DNA from: Desulfobacteraceae bacterium
Lineage (GTDB): Bacteria; Desulfobacterota; Desulfobacteria; Desulfobacterales; JAABSP01
Length of the DNA: 64,000 nt
Direction: 5' to 3'
Assembly: GCA_011389855.1 (NCBI GenBank)
Contig: JAABTM010000002.1
Location: forward strand, 4,960 to 68,959
This document shows positions 8,187-17,011 of the stretch, piece after piece (the stretch's first letter is position 1; every line of letters starts with the position of its first letter). The position numbers and the translations under genes are program-made. Below the pieces are notes generated by a model, which had not been told where the DNA came from, did not search any database, and saw only the letters and a list, made by a program, of their open reading frames with translations.

Positions 8187-10493
8187 TTGAACAAACCACT
8201 CGTCGTCGTGGAGTCCCCCGCAAAGGTGAGGACCATCAAAAAATACCTGGGGGACGACTACAACGTCTCGGCCACCGTCGGCCATATCAAGGATCTGCCC
8301 GCCAAAGAAATGGGCATCGATATCGAGGACAATTTCAAGCCCCAGTACAAGTCCATCCCCGGCAAAGGGAAGGTGATCACCCAGTTGAAAAAAGCGGCCG
8401 GCGACGCCGAAGACGTCTATCTGGCGCCCGACCCCGACCGGGAAGGGGAGGCCATCGCCTGGCACGCCGCCGACGTGCTCAAGAAAAAGGGACGCCGGTT
8501 CCACCGGGTTCTCTTCCACGAGTTGACGCCCCGGGCCATCAAGGCGGCCATCGCGGCCCCGGAGGAGCTGCACCGCAGCAAGTACGAAGCCCAGCAGGCC
8601 CGCCGGATCCTCGATCGGCTGGTGGGGTACCAGATCTCGCCCCTGCTCTGGAAGAAGATCAAGCGGGGATTGAGCGCCGGGCGGGTCCAGTCCGTGTCCG
8701 TCCGGATCATCTGCGAGCGGGAACGGGAGATCCAGATCTTCGAGCCCGAAGAGTACTGGTCCATCACGGCCCACCTGACGGGCGAGACGCCGCCGCCCTT
8801 TACGGCCAAGCTGACCAAAAAAGACGGGGAGAAGGCAGGCATCCCCGACGGCGCCGTCGCCAACGACATCCTGAAGCATCTGGAAGGCAAGACGCCGACG
8901 GTGGACAAGGTGGTCAAAAAGACCACCAAACGGAACCCCCAGCCCCCCTTTACCACCAGCAAACTCCAGCAGGCGTCGATCCAGCGGCTCCGGTTTTCGG
9001 CCAAAAAGACCATGACCGTGGCCCAGCAGCTCTACGAAGGGATCGATCTGGGGCCGGGGGAGCCGGTGGGGCTCATCACCTATATGCGGACCGACTCCAC
9101 CCGGATCGCCCAGGAGGCGGCCCAGGAGGCCCTGGATCTTGTCCGGGACCGGTTCGGCGAAGATTACGTTCTGGACAAGCCCCGGTTTTTCAAGAACAAA
9201 AACAAGTCCCAGGACGCACACGAGGCCATCCGGCCCACGTCGGTCTGGCAGACCCCGGAAAAGCTGGCCCCCCATCTGTCCAAGGATCAACTGGCGCTTT
9301 ACACCCTCATCTGGCAGCGGTTCGTGGCCTCCCAGATGCAACCGGCCCTGATCAACAACCATTCCATCGACATCCGGATCGGGGATTACACCTTCAAAGC
9401 GTCCGGTTCCACGGTGAAGTTCCCCGGCTTCATGGCCCTCTACCGGTCCGACGACGACGCCGATGCTAAAGAACAGGGGGGGGGCGACACCCTGCCGGAC
9501 CTGTCCGAAGGGGCCGAGTTGAAGGCCGACCGGTACGAGCCCAAACAGCACTTCACCCAGCCGCCGCCCCGGTTCTCCGAGGCCACCCTGGTCAAGGAGC
9601 TGGAGGAAAACGGCATCGGCCGCCCCTCCACCTATGCGTCGATCCTCTCCACCATCCGGGATAAGGGATATGTGGAGCTGCTCAAAGGGTCGTTTCGGCC
9701 CACTGAATTGGGGTTTATCGTCACCGACCTCATCGTCAAGAGCTTTCCGGACATCATGGGGGTCGATTTCACCGCCCGGATGGAGGACGACCTCGACCGG
9801 GTGGAAGCGGCTGAAGAGGATTACCTGAAGGTGCTCGACCGGTTCTATAAATCCTTTAAAAAAGAGCTGGACGCCGCCGACGAATCGATGCTGAGCATGA
9901 AGCGGGAGGGGCTGCCCACGGGCCTCGACTGCCCCCAGTGCAACCGCCCCCTCCATATCAAAATGGGGAAAAACGGCCTGTTTCTGGCGTGCAGCGGGTA
10001 CCCGGACTGCAACTTCACCCGGGACTACACCCGGAACGAGAAAGGGGCCGTCGAACCGGTGGAACCGCCGGATGAAGAGGCGGTGGACAAGTTTTGCGAA
10101 AAATGCGGCAGCCCCATGGTGGTCAAACGGGGGCGGTACGGGACCTTTCTGGCGTGCAGCGCCTACCCGGACTGCAAGTTCACCCAGTCCCTGGGCCAGG
10201 AGGGCGCCGGCCGGTCCATCGGTGTCCGGTGTCCGGCCGAGGGGTGCGACGGCGAGCTGGTGGAGCGGAAATCGAAGCGGGGCAAGATTTTCTATGGGTG
10301 CAGCCGTTTTCCCGACTGCGATTTCGCCCTCTGGGACAAGCCCGTGGATACCGCCTGTCCCCAGTGCGAAGCCCCCTTCCTGGTGGAAAAAACCACCAAG
10401 AAGCGGGGGACTTTCCTCACCTGTCGAAATACGGACTGCGATTATTCCGCCGACGCCGACGCGCCTCCCGTCGCTGAAACGATTAACTCTTGA
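8187..10493 (+). CDS. topA: DNA topoisomerase I
   Basis: TOPRIM N-terminus (VVVESPAKVRTIKKYLG, YLAPDPDREGEAIAWH), an active-site region (ITYMRTDS) and several C-terminal CxxC...CxxC zinc ribbons. TTG start with AGAGG upstream. Confidence 0.95.
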   Translation: MNKPLVVVESPAKVRTIKKYLGDDYNVSATVGHIKDLPAKEMGIDIEDNFKPQYKSIPGKGKVITQLKKAAGDAEDVYLAPDPDREGEAIAWHAADVLKKKGRRFHRVLFHELTPRAIKAAIAAPEELHRSKYEAQQARRILDRLVGYQISPLLWKKIKRGLSAGRVQSVSVRIICEREREIQIFEPEEYWSITAHLTGETPPPFTAKLTKKDGEKAGIPDGAVANDILKHLEGKTPTVDKVVKKTTKRNPQPPFTTSKLQQASIQRLRFSAKKTMTVAQQLYEGIDLGPGEPVGLITYMRTDSTRIAQEAAQEALDLVRDRFGEDYVLDKPRFFKNKNKSQDAHEAIRPTSVWQTPEKLAPHLSKDQLALYTLIWQRFVASQMQPALINNHSIDIRIGDYTFKASGSTVKFPGFMALYRSDDDADAKEQGGGDTLPDLSEGAELKADRYEPKQHFTQPPPRFSEATLVKELEENGIGRPSTYASILSTIRDKGYVELLKGSFRPTELGFIVTDLIVKSFPDIMGVDFTARMEDDLDRVEAAEEDYLKVLDRFYKSFKKELDAADESMLSMKREGLPTGLDCPQCNRPLHIKMGKNGLFLACSGYPDCNFTRDYTRNEKGAVEPVEPPDEEAVDKFCEKCGSPMVVKRGRYGTFLACSAYPDCKFTQSLGQEGAGRSIGVRCPAEGCDGELVERKSKRGKIFYGCSRFPDCDFALWDKPVDTACPQCEAPFLVEKTTKKRGTFLTCRNTDCDYSADADAPPVAETINS

Positions 10494-10520
10494 CCTATAC
10501 CGGGAGCCTTCATATATAAT
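10490..10520 (+). promoter_or_regulatory. putative sigma70-type promoter for the ABC importer operon
   Basis: TTGACC (10490-10495), a 17-nt spacer, then TATATA/TATAAT (10513-10520). It overlaps the topA stop codon and lies about 60 nt upstream of the binding-protein ATG. Confidence 0.4.
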
Positions 10521-10581
10521 GCGCAATGATGACTTCGAGCGAACGATAGTTAGACCGAACCTAAACAGAAAGGATGAAAAG

Positions 10582-12135
10582 ATGAAGAAACTCGCCTGCC
10601 TCGCCTTAGCGCTGCTGATCGCCCTCTCCCTCGGGACGGCGGTCAACGCCAAGAGCCTGAATCTGGCCATGGACGCCGACCCGGTCTCCCTGGATCCCCA
10701 GGTTCAGCTCTCCGGCGGCATGCTCCAGTATTCCCACATGGTCTTCGACCCCCTGGTCCGCTGGACGAAGGAGATGACCTTCGAGCCCCGTCTGGCCGAG
10801 AGATGGGAGCGGATCGACGAAAACACCGTCCGCTTCTATCTTCGTAAGGGCGTCACCTTCCACAGCGGGAATCCGTTTACCGCCAAGGACATCGTCTGGA
10901 CCGTTGATCGCCTCAAGCGGAGCCAGGACTTCAAGGGTCTCTTCGAGCCGTTTGTCGGGGCGGCCGCCGTCGACGACCACACCGTGGATCTGGTTACCAA
11001 GAAACCGTATCCGCTGCTGCTCAACATGTCCACCTACATCTTCGCCATGGACAGCGTTTTTTACACCGGGACCGACGAGCGGGGGCTGCCCAAGGACGCC
11101 ATCGTGAAGACCGGCTATTCATTCGCCAACGTCAATGAATCGGGCACCGGCAAATACCGGGTGACCCACCGGGAACAGGGCGTCAGGAACGTCTTCGAGG
11201 CCTACAAAAACTACTGGGACGCCGAATCCCCCGGAAATGTGGATACGATCATCCTCACCCCCATCAAAAAGGACGCCACCCGTGTGGCGGCCCTTCTGTC
11301 CGGGGACGTCGATTTCATCATGCCCGTGCCGCCCCAGGACTACGACCGGATCGCGGCCACCGACGGCGTGAAGCTGGCCACCATGCCCGGAAGCCGGGTC
11401 ATCACCTTCCAGCTCAACCAGAAGCGCCGGGAAGAGTTCACAAACCCCAAGGTGCGCCAGGCCATTGTCTACGCCGTCAATAACGAGGGCATCGCCGAAA
11501 AAATCATGAAGGGCAAGGCCACCGCCGCCGGTCAGCAGGCCCCCGAGGGGTACCTGGGATACGTGGAAGAGCTGAAGCCCCGTTACGATCTGGCCAAGGC
11601 CCGGAAACTCATGAAGGAGGCCGGTTACCCCAAAGGCTTCGAGTGTACCATGATCGCCCCCAACAACCGGTATGTGAACGACGACAAAATCGCCGAGGCC
11701 GTGGTCTCCATGCTGGGACGGATCAATATCAAGGTCAACCTCAAGACCATGCCCAAGGCCCAGTACTGGGACCAGTTCGACGCCCAGACGGCCGACATCC
11801 AGATGATCGGCTGGCACCCGGACACCGAAGACTCGGCCAACTACACCGAGTTCCTCCTCATGTGTCCCAACAAGGAGACCGGCTACGGCCAGTACAACAG
11901 CGGCAACTACTGCAACCCCAAGGTGGACGAGCTGATCCTGGCCTGCCAGAGCGAGACCGACCGCGACAAGCGGGCGGCCATGCTCCAGGAGGTGGAACGG
12001 ATTCTGCATAATGATGCCGCCTTCGTGCCGCTGCACTGGCAGCACCTCTCCTGGGCCGGCAAGGACGCCCTCAACATCCTGCCAATCGTCAACGTTATGA
12101 ACTTCCCCTATTTCGGGGATCTGGTCATCGACTAG
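10582..12135 (+). CDS. ABC transporter substrate-binding protein, family 5 (peptide/nickel/opine type)
   Basis: The true start is taken as MKKLACLALALLIALSLGTAVNA (signal peptide) at 10582, with GAAAGGA upstream. The 5' part of track ORF 10072..12135 is an out-of-context extension overlapping topA. Mature part has the family-5 SBP fold and size. Confidence 0.85.
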   Translation: MKKLACLALALLIALSLGTAVNAKSLNLAMDADPVSLDPQVQLSGGMLQYSHMVFDPLVRWTKEMTFEPRLAERWERIDENTVRFYLRKGVTFHSGNPFTAKDIVWTVDRLKRSQDFKGLFEPFVGAAAVDDHTVDLVTKKPYPLLLNMSTYIFAMDSVFYTGTDERGLPKDAIVKTGYSFANVNESGTGKYRVTHREQGVRNVFEAYKNYWDAESPGNVDTIILTPIKKDATRVAALLSGDVDFIMPVPPQDYDRIAATDGVKLATMPGSRVITFQLNQKRREEFTNPKVRQAIVYAVNNEGIAEKIMKGKATAAGQQAPEGYLGYVEELKPRYDLAKARKLMKEAGYPKGFECTMIAPNNRYVNDDKIAEAVVSMLGRINIKVNLKTMPKAQYWDQFDAQTADIQMIGWHPDTEDSANYTEFLLMCPNKETGYGQYNSGNYCNPKVDELILACQSETDRDKRAAMLQEVERILHNDAAFVPLHWQHLSWAGKDALNILPIVNVMNFPYFGDLVID

Positions 12136-12162
12136 GGTCGTCTCCATACCGGCAAACGTTCC

Positions 12163-12198
12163 GGGGCGGACCCCATTCCCGCGGTCCGCCCCGTTTTT
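12163..12198 (+). terminator. intra-operon hairpin/attenuator after the binding-protein gene
   Basis: Perfect 10-bp GC stem, ggggcggacc (12163-12172) with ggtccgcccc (12183-12192), followed by GTTTTT. This placement is typical for SBP/permease differential expression. Confidence 0.65.
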
Positions 12199-12239
12199 GG
12201 ACAAGCCATAACCGTCAGGCAACAGTTCAACGGGATTTC

Positions 12240-13214
12240 ATGGTCGCATTCATTATCCGGCGCATCGTCCAGGCCTTCTTGGTCATGTTCATTATCAGCT
12301 CCATCGGGTTCGCCATCAAGCACAATGTGGGCGATCCGGTGTGGCAGATCACGGGCATCTCCGTATCCAAGGCCGAACGGGAGCGGATCCGGGAACAACT
12401 CGGCCTGAATGATCCCGTCTATATCCAGTACATCAATTTTCTCAAGAACGCGGCCCACGGCGACCTGGGGCAGTCCTATTTCTACAAAAAGCCGGCCGCG
12501 GACGTCATCCTGGACAAGGCCCCGGCCACCCTGGAACTGGTCCTGGTCTCGTCGATGATCATCGTCGTGCTGTCGATTCCCCTGGGCGTCTATGCGGCCA
12601 TCTATCCCAAACGAATCTTTTCCCGGGTCGTCATGGGCGGCTCCATCGTGGGGGTCTCCATCCCCGTATTTCTCATCGCCATCATGGGGGTTTACCTTTT
12701 CTCCGTCCACCTGGGGTGGCTCCCCTCCTTCGGCCGGGGGGCGACGGTCAATGTCGGCGGCTGGCGGACCGGGTTTCTCACGGTGGACGGCTGGCTTCAC
12801 CTGATCCTGCCCAGCCTCTCCCTCTCCTCCATCATGCTGCCGCTTTTTATCCGGCTCATCCGGTCGGAGATGATGGAGGTGCTGGAATCGGATTACATCC
12901 GGTATGCCTGGGCCAAAGGGTTGAAGAAATACCGGATCTGGTTTCTCCACGCCTTCAAGAACACCCTGCTGCCGGTGATCACGGTGGGCGGCGTGCAGCT
13001 GGGCATCACCATCGCCTTCACCATCCTCACCGAGACGGTCTTCCAGTGGCAGGGCCTCGGATTTCTTTTCATGGAGGCGGTGGAGCGGTCCGACACGGCG
13101 CTTTTGGTCGCCTATCTCATGTTCGTCGGAATGATCATGGTGGTGGTCAACACGGTGGTGGACATCATCTACGGCGTGGTCAATCCCACGGTCCGGATCG
13201 CGGGGACCAAATGA
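12240..13214 (+). CDS. ABC transporter permease (DppB/OppB-like)
   Basis: Six predicted TM segments and the binding-protein-dependent transport signature region (YIRYAWAKGLKKYRIWFLHAFKNTLLPVIT). Confidence 0.85.
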   Translation: MVAFIIRRIVQAFLVMFIISSIGFAIKHNVGDPVWQITGISVSKAERERIREQLGLNDPVYIQYINFLKNAAHGDLGQSYFYKKPAADVILDKAPATLELVLVSSMIIVVLSIPLGVYAAIYPKRIFSRVVMGGSIVGVSIPVFLIAIMGVYLFSVHLGWLPSFGRGATVNVGGWRTGFLTVDGWLHLILPSLSLSSIMLPLFIRLIRSEMMEVLESDYIRYAWAKGLKKYRIWFLHAFKNTLLPVITVGGVQLGITIAFTILTETVFQWQGLGFLFMEAVERSDTALLVAYLMFVGMIMVVVNTVVDIIYGVVNPTVRIAGTK

Positions 13215-14131
13215 CGGATCGCTGGCAACGGTTCAAAAAATCCGCCCTTTTCCACGATTTCAAGGGGGACAAGGTGGCCATCGTCTCCTTCGCGACCTTA
13301 GTTCTGCTGTTCATCTGCGCCTTTTCCGCGCCCCTGATCGCGCCCTACAACCCCTATGATTCGGCCAACATCGACATAATGTCGTCTGAAATCCCGCCCG
13401 TATGGATGGCGGGGGGCACGAACGACTACCTCCTGGGGACCGACGCCCAGGGCCGGGATCTGCTCTCCACCATGATTTACGGCATGCGGATATCCATCAT
13501 TATCGGCATCTGCGCCGTGGCGCTCCAGGCCGTAATCGGCATCATCATCGGCCTCATCGCCGGCTACTACGGGGGCAAGCTCGACGGGTTTTTCATGCGG
13601 CTGGCCGACGTCCAGCTCTCTTTTTCCTATCTCATGGTGGCCATCTTCGTCAGCGCCGTTCTCCAAGCGGCCGTGGGCGTGGGACGCTTTGCCGAGATCG
13701 CGGTGCCGTTTCTCATCATCGTCATCGGTCTGGCCCAGTGGCCCCAGTACGCCCGGACCGTCCGGGCCTCGGTGCTGGCCGAAAAGAAGAAGGAGTACGT
13801 GGAGGCGGCCAGGGTGACCGGGTTCGGCGCCCACCGGATCATGTGGCGCCACATCCTGCCCAACTGCATGTCGCCCATCCTGGTGCTCTCCACCATCCAG
13901 GTGGCCAATGCGGTGATGAGCGAGGCGGCCCTCTCCTTTCTGGGACTGGGCATGCCGGTGACGCGCCCCTCCTTGGGCTCCCTCATAAACGCCGGGTTCG
14001 AGTACATCTTCAGCGGTTCCTGGTGGATCACCGCCTTTCCCGGGGTGCTCCTGGTGATCCTGGTCCTGGCGGTCAACCTCCTGGGGGACTTCCTCCGGGA
14101 CGCCCTCAACCCCAAGCTCTACAAAGGGTAG
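13211..14131 (+). CDS. ABC transporter permease (DppC/OppC-like)
   Basis: Start MTDRWQRF at 13211 overlaps the previous stop (ATGA). EAA-like loop EYVEAARVTGFGAHRIMWRHILPNCMSPIL. The upstream part of track ORF 12716..14131 is a frame artefact. Confidence 0.85.
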   Translation: MTDRWQRFKKSALFHDFKGDKVAIVSFATLVLLFICAFSAPLIAPYNPYDSANIDIMSSEIPPVWMAGGTNDYLLGTDAQGRDLLSTMIYGMRISIIIGICAVALQAVIGIIIGLIAGYYGGKLDGFFMRLADVQLSFSYLMVAIFVSAVLQAAVGVGRFAEIAVPFLIIVIGLAQWPQYARTVRASVLAEKKKEYVEAARVTGFGAHRIMWRHILPNCMSPILVLSTIQVANAVMSEAALSFLGLGMPVTRPSLGSLINAGFEYIFSGSWWITAFPGVLLVILVLAVNLLGDFLRDALNPKLYKG

Positions 14132-14138
14132 CCCATTC

Positions 14139-15134
14139 ATGTCCGCACTGCTCCAGGTTCAGGATCTGACCGTCAATTTCGCCCTTCGCACCGGCGACCT
14201 GACCGCCCTCAACGGCGTGACCTTCGCCCTCGGCGAAGGGGAACGGCTCGGCCTGGTGGGGGAGAGCGGCGCCGGCAAATCCGTGGCCGGGTTCGCCATC
14301 ATCAATCTCATCGGCAAACCGGGCTACATCGCCGGCGGCCGGGTCCTGTTCCAGGGGGAGGAGATCAGCGCCCTGCCCGAGGAAGCCATCCGGCGGATCC
14401 GGGGCCACCGGATCTCCATGGTCTTTCAGGATCCCATGATGACCCTCAACCCGGTGCTGACCATCGGCACCCAGATGGTGGAGACCCTCCAGGCCCACCG
14501 GAACATCGGCCAGTCCGAGGCGGAGGCCATCGCCGTGGACAAGCTCCGGCAGGTCCACATCCCTTCTCCGGAAAAGCGGCTCCACCAGTACCCCCATGAA
14601 TTTTCCGGCGGCATGCGACAGCGGATCATCATCGCCATCGCCCTTCTCAACGACCCCCAGCTCATCATCGCCGACGAGCCGACAACCGCCCTGGACGTCA
14701 CCATTCAGGCCGAGATCATGGATCTCTTTCTGGAACTTTGCCGCCAGACCCGGATGGGGCTGATCCTCATCACCCACGACCTGGCGGTGGTGTCGGAGAC
14801 CACGGAGAAGATCGCGGTCATGTACGCCGGCGAGATCGTGGAAGAAGGCCGGACGGAGGATGTGGTGCGCCGCCCGCGCCACCCCTATACCCAGGGCCTC
14901 ATCGCGGCCCTGCCCCAGGGGGATGATCAGCGGGGGACCCGGCTCAACCAGATTCCGGGGACCATGCCCACCCTGACCCGGATTCCCCCCGGCTGCTCCT
15001 TTCATCCCCGGTGCCCCCATGCCATGGACGTCTGTTCCGAGCGGGCCCCGGGACCGCTGCCCGTCGCGTATCCGGACGGCGGCGGGGGGATGGCGGCCTG
15101 CCACCTTTACGACCCGAACCTTGGCGACCGATAG
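14139..15134 (+). CDS. ABC transporter ATP-binding protein (DppD/OppD-like)
   Basis: Walker A GESGAGKS, signature FSGGMRQR, Walker B LIIADEPTTALD, and the oligopeptide-type C-terminal extension (RHPYTQGLIAALP, CSFHPRCP). Confidence 0.9.
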   Translation: MSALLQVQDLTVNFALRTGDLTALNGVTFALGEGERLGLVGESGAGKSVAGFAIINLIGKPGYIAGGRVLFQGEEISALPEEAIRRIRGHRISMVFQDPMMTLNPVLTIGTQMVETLQAHRNIGQSEAEAIAVDKLRQVHIPSPEKRLHQYPHEFSGGMRQRIIIAIALLNDPQLIIADEPTTALDVTIQAEIMDLFLELCRQTRMGLILITHDLAVVSETTEKIAVMYAGEIVEEGRTEDVVRRPRHPYTQGLIAALPQGDDQRGTRLNQIPGTMPTLTRIPPGCSFHPRCPHAMDVCSERAPGPLPVAYPDGGGGMAACHLYDPNLGDR

Positions 15135-15135
15135 C

Positions 15136-16167
15136 ATGAACGCCCCCTTTTCCGACAAGACGAAACCGCTGCTTTCCGTCCGCGACCTGTCGAAAATCTT
15201 CGACATCTCCGGAGGATTCCTCGATCAGCTCACCCTCAAAAACGGCCGGCTCCGGCGGGAGAAGACTACCGTGAAGGCCCTCAACCGGGTCAGTTTCGAC
15301 ATCGCCCCCGGCGAGACCTTCAGCGTCGTGGGCGAGAGCGGGTGCGGCAAATCGACCCTGGGCCGGACGGTCATCGGCCTCTATCCCCCCGACGGCGGCG
15401 AGGTCCATTACGGCGGCGAGCGCATCGACACCCTCTCCTCCCGCCGGATGCTCCCCTTCCGGCGGCGGATGCAGATGGTCTTTCAGGATCCCTATGCGTC
15501 CCTCAACCCCCGCAAACGGGTCGCCGCCATCCTGGAGGAGCCCCTCCGGTTCCACCATCCCGATATGACCGCCGACGAGGTGGGGGATCGCGTGAAAGAA
15601 GTCATGGAACAGGTGGGGGGCGACGTCCAGTGGCTCACCCGGCTGCCCCACGAATTTTCCGGCGGACAGCGGCAACGGATCAGCATCGCCCGGGCCCTGG
15701 TGGTGGACCCGGAGTTCATCGTGGCCGACGAACCCATCTCAGCCCTGGACGTCTCCATCCAGGCCCAGATCCTCAACCTTATGATGGACGCCCGGGAGCA
15801 GCGGGGGCTCACCTACATGTTCATCGCCCACGATCTCTCGGTGGTGGAACACATCAGCACCCGGGTGGCGGTGATGTACCTGGGCTCCCTGTGCGAGGTG
15901 GCGGATGTGGACCGGTTGTTCGCCGACCCCCGGCACCCTTACACCCGGGCCCTGCTCAGCGCCATTCCGCGGCTGGGGAAAAAGAAAAGCGACCACGTCC
16001 GTCTCAAGGGAGAGGTTCCCACGCCCATCAACCTGCCCACCGGCTGCGTGTTCCACGGCCGGTGCCTTTACGCCGACGAGCGGTGCGTCCGGGAAATTCC
16101 GGAACTGCTGAAACAAGACGACGGAGTCCTGGCGGCATGCCACGGGGTGGAAGAGGGAAGACTATAA
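15136..16167 (+). CDS. ABC transporter ATP-binding protein (DppF/OppF-like)
   Basis: Start MNAPFSDK at 15136. Walker A GESGCGKST, signature FSGGQRQR, Walker B FIVADEPISALD, and C-terminal RHPYTRALLSAIP, CVFHGRC. Confidence 0.9.
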   Translation: MNAPFSDKTKPLLSVRDLSKIFDISGGFLDQLTLKNGRLRREKTTVKALNRVSFDIAPGETFSVVGESGCGKSTLGRTVIGLYPPDGGEVHYGGERIDTLSSRRMLPFRRRMQMVFQDPYASLNPRKRVAAILEEPLRFHHPDMTADEVGDRVKEVMEQVGGDVQWLTRLPHEFSGGQRQRISIARALVVDPEFIVADEPISALDVSIQAQILNLMMDAREQRGLTYMFIAHDLSVVEHISTRVAVMYLGSLCEVADVDRLFADPRHPYTRALLSAIPRLGKKKSDHVRLKGEVPTPINLPTGCVFHGRCLYADERCVREIPELLKQDDGVLAACHGVEEGRL

Positions 16168-16187
16168 GGGCCAAGAGGGGACTCATC

Positions 16188-16787
16188 ATGGGATATGCGG
16201 TGAAAAAAGATCAACGATACTGTTACGACGATTGCGTGCGCTGGCCCGACGAGGAGCGATGGGAGTTAATCGACGGCGCGGCCTACGACATGAGCGCCGC
16301 GCCCAGGGTCCGACACCAGGATATTGTCAGCAATTTCCACATCAAATTGAAAACCCATCCGAACAATCCTTGTTACACGGGCATCGCGCCCACGGATGTG
16401 GTGTTCGACGCGTTCAACGTGGTCCAGCCGGACGTTTTCATGGTTTGTGATCGGGATAAAGTCACGGCGGATAATGTCCAGGGCGGCCCCGACCTGATCG
16501 TCGAAGTGGCCTCCCCCGGCACGGAAGTCAAAGACCGGCGGGAAAAGAGGCGGTTGTACGAGCGATTCGGCGTTCGACATTATCTCATCGTCTTCCCGGA
16601 GCGGGAATATTTGGAATATTACCGGAAAAACGGCGACTTTTTCGAGGGGCCGGTCATTTTCGACTGGGACGAAACCCTGACCCTTTCGGAGTGGTCCATC
16701 GCCATCGACCTGTGGGACATTTTCGACAAAGCGCCGCCGGCGGATAACGTGTCCGACCCGGCGCCGCCCAATGGAGGCCGAACGTGA
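16188..16787 (+). CDS. Uma2 family (DUF820) PD-(D/E)xK-like endonuclease
   Basis: WELIDG...MSAAPRVRHQDIV...PDVFMVC...PDLIVEVASPGTEVKDRREKRRLYERFGVRHYLIV matches the Uma2 pattern. The 5' part of track ORF 15342..16787 is an out-of-frame overlap with the ATPase gene. Confidence 0.8.
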   Translation: MGYAVKKDQRYCYDDCVRWPDEERWELIDGAAYDMSAAPRVRHQDIVSNFHIKLKTHPNNPCYTGIAPTDVVFDAFNVVQPDVFMVCDRDKVTADNVQGGPDLIVEVASPGTEVKDRREKRRLYERFGVRHYLIVFPEREYLEYYRKNGDFFEGPVIFDWDETLTLSEWSIAIDLWDIFDKAPPADNVSDPAPPNGGRT

Positions 16788-17002
16788 AAAAAATGCTTGC
16801 CGTTCTGATGACGGCCTTGTGCCTGGCGACATTCGGATGCACCGACAAAGCGGAGGAACTCTACGAGACCGCGAAGCTGGAGGAACTCCAGAACAACCCG
16901 ACCCACGCCCGGAAGCTTTACCGGGAGATCGTGGAGGACCATCCCCGGAGCGACTATGCCGAGAAAGCAAAGGAACGGCTTTCCGCTTTAGGCGGCGATT
17001 AG
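16784..17002 (+). CDS. small lipoprotein with one TPR-like helix pair
   Basis: Lipobox LATFGC after a hydrophobic signal sequence. The GTG start overlaps the Uma2 stop (GTGA); an alternative ATG is at 16793. Confidence 0.6.
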   Translation: MKKMLAVLMTALCLATFGCTDKAEELYETAKLEELQNNPTHARKLYREIVEDHPRSDYAEKAKERLSALGGD

Positions 17003-17011
17003 ATTTAGCCC

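Noticed and set aside
10072-10581. 5' extension of the substrate-binding-protein ORF. Analogous extensions: 12716-13210, 15019-15135, 15342-16187, 47325-47516 and 63638-63787.
   Set aside because: The extensions overlap upstream genes, are Arg/Pro/Gly-rich nonsense, and an internal start with an SD, signal peptide or stop-start overlap fits the protein family boundaries.
8064-10670. 868-aa ORF antisense to topA. Similar very long antisense or alternate-frame ORFs occur at 2240-3739, 4295-5869, 23819-25840, 27850-30639, 33156-34745, 34773-36659, 43106-44662, 44478-47300 and 56786-58666.
   Set aside because: Each lies opposite, or out of frame to, a gene with unmistakable family motifs. Their translations are low-complexity G/R/P/D/H-rich strings with no motifs. 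Long stop-free antisense frames are expected in GC-rich coding DNA.
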